A stretch of DNA of 64,000 nucleotides from Geminicoccaceae bacterium (GCA_050729115.1 JBOHKK010000001.1:2947-66946), one strand, 5' to 3'; shown: positions 1-10,722, counted from the first letter of the stretch. The notes: generated from the sequence alone by a model not told the origin. Translations and numbers: made by a program.

Positions 1-263
1 AGCCAGCAGCTGACGCTGTCGCATACGAGGATGACGTGGCGCCCCACCGGGCTGCGGAAGATCAGGTTGTAGAAGGTCGCGACGGCCTCGAGGTCCTCCG
101 TCGCGAGGCGAAGAAAGGCAGCGAGGTCCGCGAGCGTCGCGTCCGAGACCCACCCGCGCCGCCGCTGCAGGGCCTTCAGCGACTCGACGCTCGCCGCCTG
201 CGCATCGCCGCCGTACTGCGAGAGCACCTCCTCGATCTCCTGCCTTTCCTCCTCGCTCAGCAT
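1..263 (-). CDS. nuoE: NADH-quinone oxidoreductase subunit E (5' part; continues past the window edge)
   Basis: Not in the ORF track because it is open at the window edge. The reverse complement of 1..263 translates to MLSEEERQEIEEVLSQYGGDAQAASVESLKALQRRRGWVSD...ATFYNLIFRSPVGRHVILVCDSVSCW. This resembles the NuoE (24-kDa) N-terminus up to the first Cys cluster. A GGAG sits upstream of the ATG at 261..263. The gene lies directly downstream of nuoCD. Confidence 0.85.
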   Translation of the reverse strand, partial: MLSEEERQEIEEVLSQYGGDAQAASVESLKALQRRRGWVSDATLADLAAFLRLATEDLEAVATFYNLIFRSPVGRHVILVCDSVSCW

Positions 264-271
264 GGGAACTC

Positions 272-2065
272 CTAACGGTCGACGTCGCCCATGACGAAGT
301 CGATGCTGCCGAGGATGGCGATCAGATCCGGCAGCATGGCGCCGCGGGCGATCAGCGGAATCATCTGGAGATGCGGGAACGAGGGCGTGCGGATGCGCGT
401 CCGATACGAGATCGTGCTGCCGTCGCTGATCAGGTAATAGGCGTTGATCCCCTTGGTGGCCTCGATCGCCACGCAGGCCTCGCCGGGCGGGATCACCGGG
501 CCCCAGCTCACGTTCAAGAAGTGCGTGATCAGGGTCTCGATGTCGTGCATGGTGCGGTCCTTGATCGGCGGGGTCGTGAGCGGGTGGCGCGCCTTGTAGT
601 CGCCCGCCGGCATGTTCTCCAGGCACTGCTCGACGATCCGCAGGCTCTGGCGCATCTCCGCCACGCGCACCGCGGTGCGGTCGTAGCAGTCGCCGTTCTG
701 TGCGGTCGGGATCTCGAACTCGAACCGGTCATAGCCGGAGTAGGGTCGCGCCTTGCGCAGATCCCAGCCGAAGCCGGTGGCGCGCAGGCCCGGTCCGGTC
801 ACGCCCCAGGCGATCGCCTCCTCGGTGCTGTAGGCGCCGACCCCGACGGTGCGCCGCTTGAAGATCCGGTTGCCCATGACCATCCGGTCGTACTCGTCGA
901 GCCGGCGCGGCATGTAGGCGAGGAACTCGCGGATCAGCCGGTCCCAGCCCTCTGGCAGGTCGTCGGCCACGCCGCCGATGCGAAACCAGCCGGGGTGCAT
1001 GCGGAAGCCGCAGATCGCCTCGGTGATGTCGAAGATGCGCTCGCGATCCGTGAACATGAAGAAGACCGGCGAGAGCGCGCCCAGGTCCTGCGCCATGGTG
1101 CCGTAGAAGACGAGGTGGCTCGCGATCCGGAACAGCTCGCACAGCATCACCCGGATCACTTCCGTGCGCTCCGGCACCTCGATCCCGGCGAGACGCTCGA
1201 CCGCGAGCACATAGGGCAGGTTGTTCATGACCCCGCCCAGGTAGTCGACGCGGTCGGTGTAGGGGATGTAGGTGTGCCAGGACTGCCGCTCGCCCATCTT
1301 CTCGGCGGCGCGGTGGTGGTAGCCGATGTCGGGGACCGCGTCGACGATCTCCTCGCCGTCGAGCTGCAGGATCACGCGAAAGACGCCGTGCACGCTCGGG
1401 TGATTGGGTCCCAGATTGAGGAACATGAACTCGGCGTCGTCGCTGGCCCGCGCCATGCCCCAATCCTCCGGCCTGAAGCGCAGCGCCTCCTGCTCGCGCT
1501 CCTGCCGGTCGTCGGGAAGCTCGAACGGACCCATCTCCGTCGCGCGCGCCGGATGATCCTTGCGCAGAGGATGCCCCTCCCAGGTGGGTGGCATCAGGAT
1601 GCGGCGCAGATGGGGATGGCCGTCGAAGGTCACGCCCAACATGTCCCACGCCTCGCGCTCGTACCAATTGGCCACGGGCCAGAAGTCGGTAACCGAGGCG
1701 AGGCGAGGCTCGTCGTCATCGAGCGCGACCTTGAGGCGGAGATCCGCGTTCCGCTCGAGCGAGAGCAGGTGGTAGACGGTGGTGAAGGCGGACGGCGGCT
1801 GGTGGTCGCGATGCTCGCGTGCCCGCTCGTCGATCGCCGTCAGGTCGAACAGCATGGCGTAAGGCCGCGGCGCCTCTTCCTTGAGATAGCGAAGCAGGCG
1901 CGGCGCGTCGTCCTTTTGGACCCAGATCGTCGGGATGCCGTCCACGGTCGCCTGCGGCAGAGCGGCGATCTGCCCGAACCGGGCATGCAGCTCATCGAGA
2001 ATGCCGGTCGCGCCCTCGGGCGCGTTGGCGGGGCGATCGCGTGCCTCGTGCCTCGAGGGGCTCAT
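272..2065 (-). CDS. nuoC: NADH-quinone oxidoreductase fused subunit C/D
   Basis: 597-aa ORF. The N-terminal NuoC-like part contains [23 protein letters not shown]. The NuoD part contains [14 protein letters not shown]...[10 protein letters not shown]...[10 protein letters not shown] fused CD subunit is the E. coli-type arrangement. Confidence 0.95.
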   Translation of the reverse strand: MSPSRHEARDRPANAPEGATGILDELHARFGQIAALPQATVDGIPTIWVQKDDAPRLLRYLKEEAPRPYAMLFDLTAIDERAREHRDHQPPSAFTTVYHLLSLERNADLRLKVALDDDEPRLASVTDFWPVANWYEREAWDMLGVTFDGHPHLRRILMPPTWEGHPLRKDHPARATEMGPFELPDDRQEREQEALRFRPEDWGMARASDDAEFMFLNLGPNHPSVHGVFRVILQLDGEEIVDAVPDIGYHHRAAEKMGERQSWHTYIPYTDRVDYLGGVMNNLPYVLAVERLAGIEVPERTEVIRVMLCELFRIASHLVFYGTMAQDLGALSPVFFMFTDRERIFDITEAICGFRMHPGWFRIGGVADDLPEGWDRLIREFLAYMPRRLDEYDRMVMGNRIFKRRTVGVGAYSTEEAIAWGVTGPGLRATGFGWDLRKARPYSGYDRFEFEIPTAQNGDCYDRTAVRVAEMRQSLRIVEQCLENMPAGDYKARHPLTTPPIKDRTMHDIETLITHFLNVSWGPVIPPGEACVAIEATKGINAYYLISDGSTISYRTRIRTPSFPHLQMIPLIARGAMLPDLIAILGSIDFVMGDVDR

Positions 2066-2700
2066 ACGTGGTCGGGCTCGCGCAGCGTGGTGGCGCTCAT
2101 GCGTTGGTCGCGCTTGAGGTCACGAAAGCTCGGCCGCTCCGCGTGGGCGACGCCTTGCGGACCGAGGACCCAGCTGAGCGGGCGCCGGTCCGTGCCGATC
2201 GCCTCCTGCAGCAGGATGAGCCCCTCCAGCAGGGCCTCCGGCCGCGGCGGGCAGCCGGGCACGTAGACGTCGACCGGCAGGAAGCTGTCCACGCCCTGCA
2301 CCACGCTGTAGACGTCGTACATGCCGCCAGAATTGGCGCACGAGCCCATCGAGATGACCCAGCGCGGCGCCATCATCTGATCGTAGAGACGCCGTATGAC
2401 CGGCGCCATCTTGGTGAAGACGGTGCCCGAGATGACGATCAGGTCGGCCTCGCGCGGGGTCGCCCGGATCACTTCCGAGCCGAAGCGGCTCATGTCGTAC
2501 TTGCTGGTCAGCGCGGTCGCCATCTCGACGTAGCAGCACGACAGGCCGAAATTGTAGGGCCAGATCGAGTTCTTGCGGCCCCATGCCACGACGTCCTGCA
2601 GCCGGCCGAAGAAGAGGCTGCGCTGCACCGCCTCGTCGAACGAGCCTTTGCCCTGCTCGATGCCGGGGTGGCTCCGCGGCCGGGTGAACGTCCAGCGCAT
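2062..2700 (-). CDS. nuoB: NADH-quinone oxidoreductase subunit B
   Basis: Starts at an internal ATG (2698..2700) of the 372-aa track ORF. Sequence MRWTF...[14 protein letters not shown]...[11 protein letters not shown]...[15 protein letters not shown] carries the N2 Fe-S cluster Cys motifs. The stop overlaps the nuoCD start. Confidence 0.93.
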   Translation of the reverse strand: MRWTFTRPRSHPGIEQGKGSFDEAVQRSLFFGRLQDVVAWGRKNSIWPYNFGLSCCYVEMATALTSKYDMSRFGSEVIRATPREADLIVISGTVFTKMAPVIRRLYDQMMAPRWVISMGSCANSGGMYDVYSVVQGVDSFLPVDVYVPGCPPRPEALLEGLILLQEAIGTDRRPLSWVLGPQGVAHAERPSFRDLKRDQRMSATTLREPDHV

Positions 2701-2702
2701 GA

Positions 2703-3095
2703 TCAGGCTTTCCTCGCTGCCGGGCGCCTGCGGCGCGGCGGCGGGGCCCAGTCGAGCGCGCCGACGCGCCACAGATAGACCAGCGCGCCGAGCAGGATGC
2801 CGATGAAGATCAGGACCTCGATGTAGCCGGCCCAGCCGACCTCGCGAAAGCTGATCGCCCAGGCGAAGATGAACACCGCCTCGAGGTCGAAGATCACGAA
2901 CAGCACGGCGACCAGGTAGAACTTGGCCGAGAAGCGGCCGCGGGCGTCGCCCACCGTCACGATGCCCGACTCGAACTGCTCCTCGGTCGCCATGCCGCGA
3001 TGGCGTTCGCCGAGGACGTACGAAAGCCCAAGGATCGCAGCGACCAGCGCCACGGTGGCGGCGATGTAGACCAGCAATGGCCAAACGCTGCTCAT
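2703..3095 (-). CDS. nuoA: NADH-quinone oxidoreductase subunit A
   Basis: Starts at an internal ATG (3093..3095): [18 protein letters not shown]...FESGI...[12 protein letters not shown]. This is a typical 3-TM NuoA. It sits immediately upstream of nuoB. Confidence 0.88.
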   Translation of the reverse strand: MSSVWPLLVYIAATVALVAAILGLSYVLGERHRGMATEEQFESGIVTVGDARGRFSAKFYLVAVLFVIFDLEAVFIFAWAISFREVGWAGYIEVLIFIGILLGALVYLWRVGALDWAPPPRRRRPAARKA

Positions 3096-3501
3096 TCCGG
3101 CATCCGAAGGAAATGGCGCGACGCGCAAGGGCTCGCAATCGACGCCGTGACAACGACTGCTCCCTGACCACACCTGCCAACGAGCGGGTCCGGAGATGGT
3201 TCCACGCGCCTTGCCGGTAAGTTGGCGACAGGCCTCGCGAGCCCAGATCCGCCGAACAGCGGCTTCAAGGCCACGGCCTCCCGCTCACCGAGGCACCTCC
3301 CTCGGGTCGGCCGAGCGGTAAGGGACGCGCCTGATGCCGGGACGGGTCGTGACCGGTAGGAGCCCGCTCCAGGGCAGCCCCCGGATCGCCCCACAGCCTC
3401 CGCTCCGGACGCGGTGCGCGTGCTGCGGCGAGGCGGCGTGGCGCCCTTGACAGCGGCGGCGGCGCTCGGGCATAATCGCGGCCCGACAGGGGAGGGGGAA
3501 C

Positions 3502-4551
3502 ATGCGAATGAGCATCAGGCGGGTGGTGCTCGGCGCCGCCGGCGTCGTGGCGGCGATCGGGGTCGGAACCGCCGGCGCCCAGGAACGGGTCAACTGGAAG
3601 CTCGCGAGCGCGTACCCGAGCACTCTGTCGGTGCTCGGCCCGGCGCCGTTCGAGACCGCGGAGGTCCTCGCCACGATCACCGGCGGCGCGCTCGACATCG
3701 AGGTCTACGAGCCGGGCGCCCTGGTGCCGCCGCTCGAGACCTTCGATGCGGTCGCCAAGGGCTCGATCGACGCCGGCTACACCGCCGGCACCTTCTGGGC
3801 CGGCAAGGACGTCGCGTTCAACATCTTCTCCGCGATTCCCTTCGGCCCCGCCGCGCCCGGGTACCTCGCCTGGATGCGCCACGGCGGCGGTCTCGAGCTG
3901 CAGGACGAGCTCTACGCCGAGCACGATCTGAAATCGGTGCTGTGCGGCGTGGTCACGCCGGAGGCGGCCGGCTGGTTCCGGAAGGAGATCGCGGGGGTCG
4001 ATGACCTGAGGGGCCTGAAGATGCGCATCGCCGGCCTCGGCGCCCGCGTCATCGCCGAGCTCGGCGTCTCGCCGCAGCTCCTGGCGCCGGGCGACATCTA
4101 CCTGGCGCTGGAGACCGGCACCATCGACGCGACCGAGTTCTCGACGCCCGCGGCCGACGCCAGCCTCGGATTCTACGAGATCGCCGACTATTATTACTTC
4201 CCGGGCTGGCATCAGCAGTCGGCCTTCGCGCAGATGCTGATCAACCTCGATGCCTGGAACGGGCTCTCGGATGCCCATCGGATCGCCATCGAGACCGCCT
4301 GCGACGCCACGATCACGCGCACGCTCGCCGAGGGCGAGGCGGCGCAGGCGCAGGCGCTCGCCGAGCTCGAAGCGAAAGGGGCGCAGGTGCGCACGCTTCC
4401 GGACGACGTGCTGGCAGCCCTCGAGGATGCCTGGACCGAGACCGTCGCCGGGCTCAGCGCCGAGAACGCCTCGTTCAAGGAGGCGTGGGAGAGCTATCAG
4501 AGCTTCCGCGACAGCTATCGGCGCTGGCGCGAGGTCGGCTATCTCGACTGA
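3502..4551 (+). CDS. TRAP-type transporter periplasmic solute-binding protein (DctP family), orphan
   Basis: 349 aa. GGAGGGGG RBS and a signal peptide (AAIGVGTAGAQE). DctP-like motifs are present (FNIFSAIPFG, GLKMRIAG, TGTIDATEF). No DctQ/DctM genes are adjacent. Confidence 0.8.
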   Translation: MRMSIRRVVLGAAGVVAAIGVGTAGAQERVNWKLASAYPSTLSVLGPAPFETAEVLATITGGALDIEVYEPGALVPPLETFDAVAKGSIDAGYTAGTFWAGKDVAFNIFSAIPFGPAAPGYLAWMRHGGGLELQDELYAEHDLKSVLCGVVTPEAAGWFRKEIAGVDDLRGLKMRIAGLGARVIAELGVSPQLLAPGDIYLALETGTIDATEFSTPAADASLGFYEIADYYYFPGWHQQSAFAQMLINLDAWNGLSDAHRIAIETACDATITRTLAEGEAAQAQALAELEAKGAQVRTLPDDVLAALEDAWTETVAGLSAENASFKEAWESYQSFRDSYRRWREVGYLD

Positions 4552-4607
4552 AGCATCCGGCGCCAACGCGATTCCCGATCTCTGCCCGCAACGGGGGAGA
4601 CGCCGTC

Positions 4608-5696
4608 TTGGCGATCCGCCTGACCCACGGCACCCGTCAGCGATTTCGCTACCGTTACGGCGACATCACGATCCGCGGTGAGGTCGACGACCTCGTCCCG
4701 CCGCTCGCGCGCGCCGAGCAACGCCTGAACGACGCGCCACCGCGGCCCTTCTACGTCGAGCAGATCCCGGACGAGGGTACCGACTGGGTGGGCGGCTACA
4801 AGGCGACGCCGGCGGAGCTGCGCTGCAAGGAGGAGGGCGAGTTCTGCGTCGAGATCGGGATCGACGATCCGGCGCTCCGCGAAGGCGACAACCGGCTCGT
4901 GCTCGCCACCGCGGACGCGCGCGGCCGGCGGCACGAGGCCCTGCTCGGCTTCGCCTGGGACCCGCGCCCCCTCCCGTTGCCGCTCGACCTCAGGGACCTT
5001 GGCCGCTTTCAGGACATCCAGGAGGTCGGGCAGGCGATCAACGGCGCCTTCGACCTCGACCGCGCGCAGAACCTGATCCGCTCGCGCGCGCCGGTCGCCC
5101 CCGACGCGTTCTTGGTGCTGGGCTCGCCGCACGCGAGCCAGGAGGCGACCTATGCCGTCCGCTTTCTGGAGCCGGCGGGCTCGAAGTGGCTCGGCCTCGC
5201 CGACTTCATGGCCGGACAGGAGGAGGGCGCGCCGCCGCGCGGGCTCAAGGTCGGCTGGTCGAGCGCAGGCATGGCGGCCGTGAGCCCGAAGGGCGAGGCG
5301 CGGAGCTTCATCGCCTGGGGCGATCACTCGGGCCGGGAGGAGGAGTGGGCGATCGCGACCCATCCGCCGGCAAAGGTCGGCATCGAGAAGGGCCGGCTGT
5401 ACCGCGTCCGCCATCAGGTCTGCTTCGCGCACGGGATCGATCGCGTGCGCTTTCGCGTCTGGCCCGCGGATCAGCCCGAGCCGGACGGCTGGCTCTGCTC
5501 CGAGCAGGACGATCGCGTCCCGGATGGCCTGCCGCGCCACCGCCGCGCCTCGTTCGGACTGTTCCAGCACCTCGGGCATCCGATCGAGTGGTCGGACATC
5601 CTGATCGAAGCGCACGCGCCGGCGCCGGACGACCTACCCAAGCCCGGCGCCGGCCGGGAACCGTTCCTGAAGCGCGCGCGGCCGGGGGCGTTCTAG
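4608..5696 (+). CDS. hypothetical protein
   Basis: Long ORF with coding-like composition and no family I recognise. The proposed TTG start at 4608 follows GGGGAG. The track start at 4485 overlaps the end of the TRAP gene. Confidence 0.45.
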   Translation: MAIRLTHGTRQRFRYRYGDITIRGEVDDLVPPLARAEQRLNDAPPRPFYVEQIPDEGTDWVGGYKATPAELRCKEEGEFCVEIGIDDPALREGDNRLVLATADARGRRHEALLGFAWDPRPLPLPLDLRDLGRFQDIQEVGQAINGAFDLDRAQNLIRSRAPVAPDAFLVLGSPHASQEATYAVRFLEPAGSKWLGLADFMAGQEEGAPPRGLKVGWSSAGMAAVSPKGEARSFIAWGDHSGREEEWAIATHPPAKVGIEKGRLYRVRHQVCFAHGIDRVRFRVWPADQPEPDGWLCSEQDDRVPDGLPRHRRASFGLFQHLGHPIEWSDILIEAHAPAPDDLPKPGAGREPFLKRARPGAF

Positions 5697-5761
5697 ATCT
5701 AGATCAGAAGCGGTGGTCCACGTGAGACGCTCGCGCCCGCTCCGATCCGTCGATGGCGCGC

Positions 5762-6538
5762 TCAGCCGCCGAGATAGGCGCGCGCGACGCGCTCGTCCCG
5801 CAGCAAGTCGTGGCTTCGGCCCTGGTACTTGTTGTCGCCCATCTCGAGGACGTAGCCGCGATGGGAGTTCTCCAGCGCCAGCGCGGCGTTCTGCTCGACC
5901 ATCAGGATCGCCAGGCCGAGCTCCTTGTTGATCTCGAGTATCTTCTCGAAGATCAGATCGACGAGCTTGGGCGCGAGCCCCAAGGTGGGCTCGTCCAGGA
6001 TCAGAAGCTCCGGGCTGATCATCAGCGCGCGGGCAAGCGAGAGCATCTGCTGCTCGCCGCCGCTCATCGTCTTGGCGGTCTGGCTCCTGCGCTCGGCCAA
6101 GCGCGGGAACAGCTGATGGACGCGCTGCCGCGCCGCGCGCCTCTCCGCTTCGGACCTGAGGATCCAGCCGCCCATGTCCAGATGCTCGTCCACGGTCATG
6201 TCCGAGAAGACGGCGCGCCCTTGGGTCACGAAGGAGAGCCCCAGGCGGACGATCTTGTCCGGCGTGAGCGGGGTCAGGTCGGTGCCCTTGAAGACGACGC
6301 GCCCCTGCCAGGCGGGCAGGAAGCGCATGATCGTCTTGAGCACCGTCGACTTGCCGGACCCGTTCGGCCCGATGATGGTGACGATCTCGCGCGGCCTCAC
6401 CTCCAGCGAGATGCCGTGCAGGATCTCCTGCGGGCCATAGCCGGAGACGATCCGGTCGACCTCCAGGAAGCCGCCGTTCGTCGGAGCGCCGGCGCCGTCG
6501 GTCGCGGCACCGGCGCCGAGGTCAGATCCGTTGGTCAT
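5762..6538 (-). CDS. livF: branched-chain amino acid ABC transporter ATP-binding protein (LivF-like)
   Basis: Walker A GPNGSGKST, signature SGGEQQML, Walker B LLILDEP, and a LivF-type C-terminus ending ...RVARAYLGG. Confidence 0.9.
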   Translation of the reverse strand: MTNGSDLGAGAATDGAGAPTNGGFLEVDRIVSGYGPQEILHGISLEVRPREIVTIIGPNGSGKSTVLKTIMRFLPAWQGRVVFKGTDLTPLTPDKIVRLGLSFVTQGRAVFSDMTVDEHLDMGGWILRSEAERRAARQRVHQLFPRLAERRSQTAKTMSGGEQQMLSLARALMISPELLILDEPTLGLAPKLVDLIFEKILEINKELGLAILMVEQNAALALENSHRGYVLEMGDNKYQGRSHDLLRDERVARAYLGG

Positions 6539-7280
6539 GTGCCGGCCGCGCTGAGGGATGGGCGGGCTTGTTGCCGAAATAGGCCTCGAGCACCTCCGCG
6601 TTCGACTGGATCTCGTCGCTGCTGCCTTCGGCGATCACCCGGCCCGCGTTCATCACCACGATCTTGTCGCAGTGGCCCATGATCAGGCGCATGTTGTGCT
6701 CGATGATGAGGAAGGTCTTGCCCCATTCGTCGCGCAGCCGGTGGATGAACTCGAGCAGGCTCCGCAACAGCGTCGGGTTGACCCCCGCCGCCGGCTCGTC
6801 GAGCAGGATCAAGGCCGGATCGAGCATCAGGATGCGCGCCAGCTCGAGCAGCTTCTGCTGGCCGAAGGACAAGTTGCTGGCATAGTCGGCGCGCTTGTCG
6901 GCGAGCCGGACCAGCTCCAGGTACCGGACCGCCCGCTCGTGCGCATGATGCTGGTGCGGCGAGGCGACGATCATGTTCTCCATGAGCGTCATCTTCGGGA
7001 AGACGCGCGTGACCTGAAAGGTGCGCCCGAGTCCCTTCAGCGCCCGCTGGTGCGGCTTCAGACGACTGATGTCCTCGCCCTTGAAGATGATCTGGCCGCC
7101 ATCCAGCCTCTCGGCGCCGGCCGCGAGATTGAACAGCGTCGTCTTGCCGGCGCCGTTCGGCCCGATCAGCCCGACGATGGCGCCACGCTCGACCTCGAAC
7201 GAGCAGCCGTCGACCGCGCGCAGGTTGCCGAACGCCTTGCTCGCGTCGCGCGCCTCGAAGATCGCGTCTGCCTCGTGCAC
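6522..7280 (-). CDS. livG: branched-chain amino acid ABC transporter ATP-binding protein (LivG-like)
   Basis: Lies inside the 567-aa track ORF. GTG start at 7278..7280, preceded by GGAG. Walker A GPNGAGKTT, signature LSFGQQKLLELAR, Walker B LILLDEPAAG, and C-terminal AEVLEAYFG. Confidence 0.88.
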   Translation of the reverse strand: MHEADAIFEARDASKAFGNLRAVDGCSFEVERGAIVGLIGPNGAGKTTLFNLAAGAERLDGGQIIFKGEDISRLKPHQRALKGLGRTFQVTRVFPKMTLMENMIVASPHQHHAHERAVRYLELVRLADKRADYASNLSFGQQKLLELARILMLDPALILLDEPAAGVNPTLLRSLLEFIHRLRDEWGKTFLIIEHNMRLIMGHCDKIVVMNAGRVIAEGSSDEIQSNAEVLEAYFGNKPAHPSARPAHDQRI

Positions 7281-7297
7281 GAGCCGCTCCGCGGTGC

Positions 7298-8305
7298 CTA
7301 TATCTTGCGCGTCTTGGGCAGGTAACCGTGCTCCTTGAGCCACTCGAGGATCCCCTGGGGCAGGAACAGGATCAGCGCGACCAGGACCAGGCCGAAAACC
7401 GCGAGATTGAGCCGCAGGACATGGGTCCAGACGTAGTCGTTGAGGAGCTCCAGCACGGTGCCGCCGATCACCGGCCCCAGCACGGTCCCGATGCCGCCGA
7501 AGAACGCCATGACGATCGGGATCACGGTATACTGGATGTTGAACGCGTTGAACGGGTCGATGTAGCTCAAAAACGTCGCGTGCAGGCCGCCGCCGAGGCC
7601 GGCGAGCAGGGCGCTCAGCACGAACACCCCGATCTTCAGGCGGGTGCTGTCGATGCCGAGGTTCTCGGCCGCGTGCTCGTCCTCGCGGATCGCCAGGAGC
7701 CGCAGGCCGATCCGCGAGTTGGCGATGGCGTAGGTCACGAGCACGGTGACGACGACCAGCGCCAGCATGGCGAAGTACTTGGTCTCCATGCTGATGCGGA
7801 CGAACAGGGGGATGCCGGACCCGGCGCGGGTCAGCGGCTCCATGTACTCGGTGCTGATGAGCACGCGCGTGCCCTCGGAGATCGCGAGCGTCGTGATCGC
7901 GAAATAGGGCCCCTTGACCCGCAGCAGCGGGAAGCTCAGCACGGCGGCGTAGGTCGCGGCGATGAGGCCGCCCAGCGCGACCGCGAGAAACCAGGGCAGC
8001 TGGTAGTCGACGATCGCGATCGCCGTGCCGTACATCCCCATGCCGACGAACGCCACATGCGCGAAATTGATGTAGCCGGTGAAGCCCGAGACGATGTTCC
8101 AGCTCGCCGCGAGCAGAATGAAGTATAGAACCAGGTAGAGAAGGCTGAGCGTGCCGCGGTTGACGTACCAGGGCGCCGCGCACAGAGCCGCCACATAGAG
8201 GACGAGCAGGACCAGGCCCAGCCACCAGAGGATCTGATGAGCGTTGACGGCAAATCGTTCCCGGCCGACGACCTCGCCGCTTCCGCTCGGGTTCCTCGGC
8301 ATCAT
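7298..8305 (-). CDS. livM: branched-chain amino acid ABC transporter permease (LivM-like)
   Basis: Starts MMPRNPSG... at 8303..8305, overlapping the livH stop (ATGA). Polytopic membrane protein containing AIREDEHAAENLGID, which is typical of LivM. Confidence 0.88.
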   Translation of the reverse strand: MMPRNPSGSGEVVGRERFAVNAHQILWWLGLVLLVLYVAALCAAPWYVNRGTLSLLYLVLYFILLAASWNIVSGFTGYINFAHVAFVGMGMYGTAIAIVDYQLPWFLAVALGGLIAATYAAVLSFPLLRVKGPYFAITTLAISEGTRVLISTEYMEPLTRAGSGIPLFVRISMETKYFAMLALVVVTVLVTYAIANSRIGLRLLAIREDEHAAENLGIDSTRLKIGVFVLSALLAGLGGGLHATFLSYIDPFNAFNIQYTVIPIVMAFFGGIGTVLGPVIGGTVLELLNDYVWTHVLRLNLAVFGLVLVALILFLPQGILEWLKEHGYLPKTRKI

Positions 8306-9165
8306 CGATCCACGCTCGTGCCGAACAGGCCGGACGGACGCAAGGTGAGGATGGCGACCAGGATCACGAACGGCAGCGCCTGGGCGACCCGGGCCGACAG
8401 CAGGTAGGTGCCCGCGCTTTCCAAGAGGCCGTAGATGAACGCCGCGATCAGGGCGCCGGTGGCGCTGCCGAGGCCCCCGAGCACGACGATGGTGAACGCC
8501 TTGACCAGATACTCGAATCCCATGTTCGGGTAGATGAAGCCGGTCATGCTGATGATCGTTCCCGCCGCGGCCGCCAGCGCCGCGCCGATGCCGAACGCGA
8601 GCATCCGCACCCGCACGGTGTCGATGCCGCAGGCGAGCGCCACGTCCTGATTCTGCGAGGTCGCGCGGATCGCCTTGCCTTGCGGGCTGAACTTGAGAAA
8701 GGCGAACAATGCCGCCGTGAGCGTGAGCGCGAGCGCGAACCCGACGATGTAGGACTGCGACATGGAGACGCCCAGGAAGGAGACCGGCTGCGTCAGATAG
8801 GGAACGCCGCGAATCTGGGTCGTGAACGCCGCCTCGCTCGAGTTCCAGATCATCAGGGACAGGCCGAAGGTCAGCATCAGCGACGCGAGCAGAGGCTTGC
8901 CCACGACGCGCTCGATCACGACCCGCTGCATCACCATGCCGAGCACGAACAGGAGCGCCATGGCCGGCAGCAAGGACAGGAGCGGATTGATGCCGTACCA
9001 ATGCCAGGCGAAGAAGGCCACGTAGGCGCCCAGCATGGCGAGATCGGCATGGGCGATGTTGATCACCCGCATCACGCCGAACACCAGGCTCAATCCGACC
9101 GCGATCAGCGCGTAGATCGCGCCGATCACCAAGCCGTTGGCAATCAGCTGAAGGGCCTGCTCCAT
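8302..9165 (-). CDS. livH: branched-chain amino acid ABC transporter permease (LivH-like)
   Basis: Starts MEQALQLIANGLVIGAIYALIAVGLSLVFGVMRVINIAHA... at the ATG at 9163..9165, preceded by AAGGGG. Typical LivH N-terminus. Confidence 0.88.
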   Translation of the reverse strand: MEQALQLIANGLVIGAIYALIAVGLSLVFGVMRVINIAHADLAMLGAYVAFFAWHWYGINPLLSLLPAMALLFVLGMVMQRVVIERVVGKPLLASLMLTFGLSLMIWNSSEAAFTTQIRGVPYLTQPVSFLGVSMSQSYIVGFALALTLTAALFAFLKFSPQGKAIRATSQNQDVALACGIDTVRVRMLAFGIGAALAAAAGTIISMTGFIYPNMGFEYLVKAFTIVVLGGLGSATGALIAAFIYGLLESAGTYLLSARVAQALPFVILVAILTLRPSGLFGTSVDR

Positions 9166-9281
9166 CGCACCCCTTGCCCGGTCGACTGACAACATGGTCC
9201 CGGCGAGGGACCGTGCCCTCGCCGGGACCGCAGATCAAGCCGGGATCTTAGCAGGATCCCGGTCGCCGTATTCGTACGCCG

Positions 9282-10574
9282 TCATGCGAAGGGATAGATC
9301 CACTCCGCCGCGGCGGCGTCGTCCGGCGCCACGACCGGCTTGGTCAGCTCGCCGCCGTCGCCCTCCTGAACCTGGAGCATGACGCGATCCGCCGCGAGCT
9401 GCAGCCCGGAATTGGGCGAATCCAGCGGCGCCACCTCGTAGGGATTGTAGATGGTCGTGGTCTTGAGCGCATACATGGCGTCGCGGATCTTCTCCAGGTC
9501 GTCGATGCTGCCGACCTGCTTGATCGCGATCTCGAGGATCTGCGCCCCGCCGTAGCCGCCGGCGGAGTGGTACTCGGGCAAGGTGCCGTACTTGGCCTGA
9601 TACGCCGCGATGTATTCCTGCGCGCCCGGGAAGTCGACCGTGGTCACCCAGTCCGAATCGCCGGTCACGGTCAGGGCGTCCTGGCCGAGCGTCTGCTCGA
9701 AGTCGGGCAGGGCGACGCCGACCAGCAGCGACAGGATGTTGGGCTGGTAGCCGAGCGAGCGCACCGCCCGCGTGATTCCGATCGCATCCGGCAGATAGCC
9801 GCCGCCGGCGAGAACCGTGGCGCCGGACCCCGAAGCCCGCTCGACGATCGGCGTCCAGTCGGTGATCTTGGTGGGATAGGCGGCATCGTGCACGATCCGC
9901 ATGCCGTCCTCTTTTGCGCGCGCGCGGATCGCCTCCGCCGAGTTGCGCGGGAACTCGGTGTCCTCGTAGACGATCGCGATGGTCTCGTCGCCGTGTGCGT
10001 TCGCGGTCTCGGTCAGACCGGGCAGGCGCTTGCTCGCCGGCGGCTGGATCTGCACCTGCCACTGCAGGCTCCGGTCGGTCCAGATGGCGGTGCTCGAGGC
10101 CATCGGGTTGGGCGTCGGGATCTGGGCCTGCTCGATCACCGGCGCGACCGCGTTGGTCACGGCGCTGCTGTAGGGCCCGAGCAGCAGGTCGACCTCCTGG
10201 TTGTAGATCAGCTCGTTGTAGAGCCGCACGCCGGTCGTCGGGTCGCTGCGGTCGTCCAGCACGATCAGCTCCACCGGCCGGCCGAGCAGCCCCGTGGCGC
10301 TGGTGTTGGGCAAATCAGCCTTGCCGAAGCTGTGGCCGAACTGGTTGATGTGCTCGACCCAGAGCTGATAGCCGCGATGCTCCTCCTCGCCGGTCCGCGC
10401 GTACTTGCCGGTCAGCGAGAGGGAGGCCCCGATCCGGATCGGCTGCTCCTGGCTCAGGACATGGGGTGCCCTGGCGAGGACGACGGTCGCTCCGGCGGCC
10501 GCGCCGGCCACCTTGACGAAATCGCGCCGGGTCTGCCCGACCCGCCTGGGGCGGATTTGCTTGGATGAAGACAT
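9282..10574 (-). CDS. ABC transporter substrate-binding protein (Leu/Ile/Val-binding family, Tat-type signal)
   Basis: ATG at 10572..10574 with a GGGAGAG RBS. Starts MSSSKQIRPRRVGQTRRDFVKVAGAAAG, then IRIGASLSLTGKYA...LLGPYSS, the periplasmic binding protein type I fold pattern. It heads the liv operon. Confidence 0.85.
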   Translation of the reverse strand: MSSSKQIRPRRVGQTRRDFVKVAGAAAGATVVLARAPHVLSQEQPIRIGASLSLTGKYARTGEEEHRGYQLWVEHINQFGHSFGKADLPNTSATGLLGRPVELIVLDDRSDPTTGVRLYNELIYNQEVDLLLGPYSSAVTNAVAPVIEQAQIPTPNPMASSTAIWTDRSLQWQVQIQPPASKRLPGLTETANAHGDETIAIVYEDTEFPRNSAEAIRARAKEDGMRIVHDAAYPTKITDWTPIVERASGSGATVLAGGGYLPDAIGITRAVRSLGYQPNILSLLVGVALPDFEQTLGQDALTVTGDSDWVTTVDFPGAQEYIAAYQAKYGTLPEYHSAGGYGGAQILEIAIKQVGSIDDLEKIRDAMYALKTTTIYNPYEVAPLDSPNSGLQLAADRVMLQVQEGDGGELTKPVVAPDDAAAAEWIYPFA

Positions 10575-10722
10575 TTTGCTCTCCCTGCGTGTTAGTATGC
10601 GACATAAGCCTCGGACCGAATTGGTCAAGCGGCGTGGGCCCCGAGCCACGTCGAACGGCCTGCCGGGCGCGCGGACAAGGCCGCAAGGAAGTCGTGGGAA
10701 ACGGGCGTGGCGCCCGGCAGGT

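Noticed and set aside
36-275. 79-aa plus-strand ORF at the left edge
   Set aside because: Antisense to the clear nuoE 5' region.
371-2266. 631-aa ORF on the plus strand
   Set aside because: It is antisense to the unmistakable nuoCD/nuoB genes. It has the Arg/Ala/Gly/Pro-rich composition typical of shadow ORFs in high-GC DNA and no motifs.
3265-4566. 433-aa minus-strand ORF over the TRAP receptor gene
   Set aside because: Antisense shadow. The plus-strand gene has an RBS, a signal peptide and family motifs.
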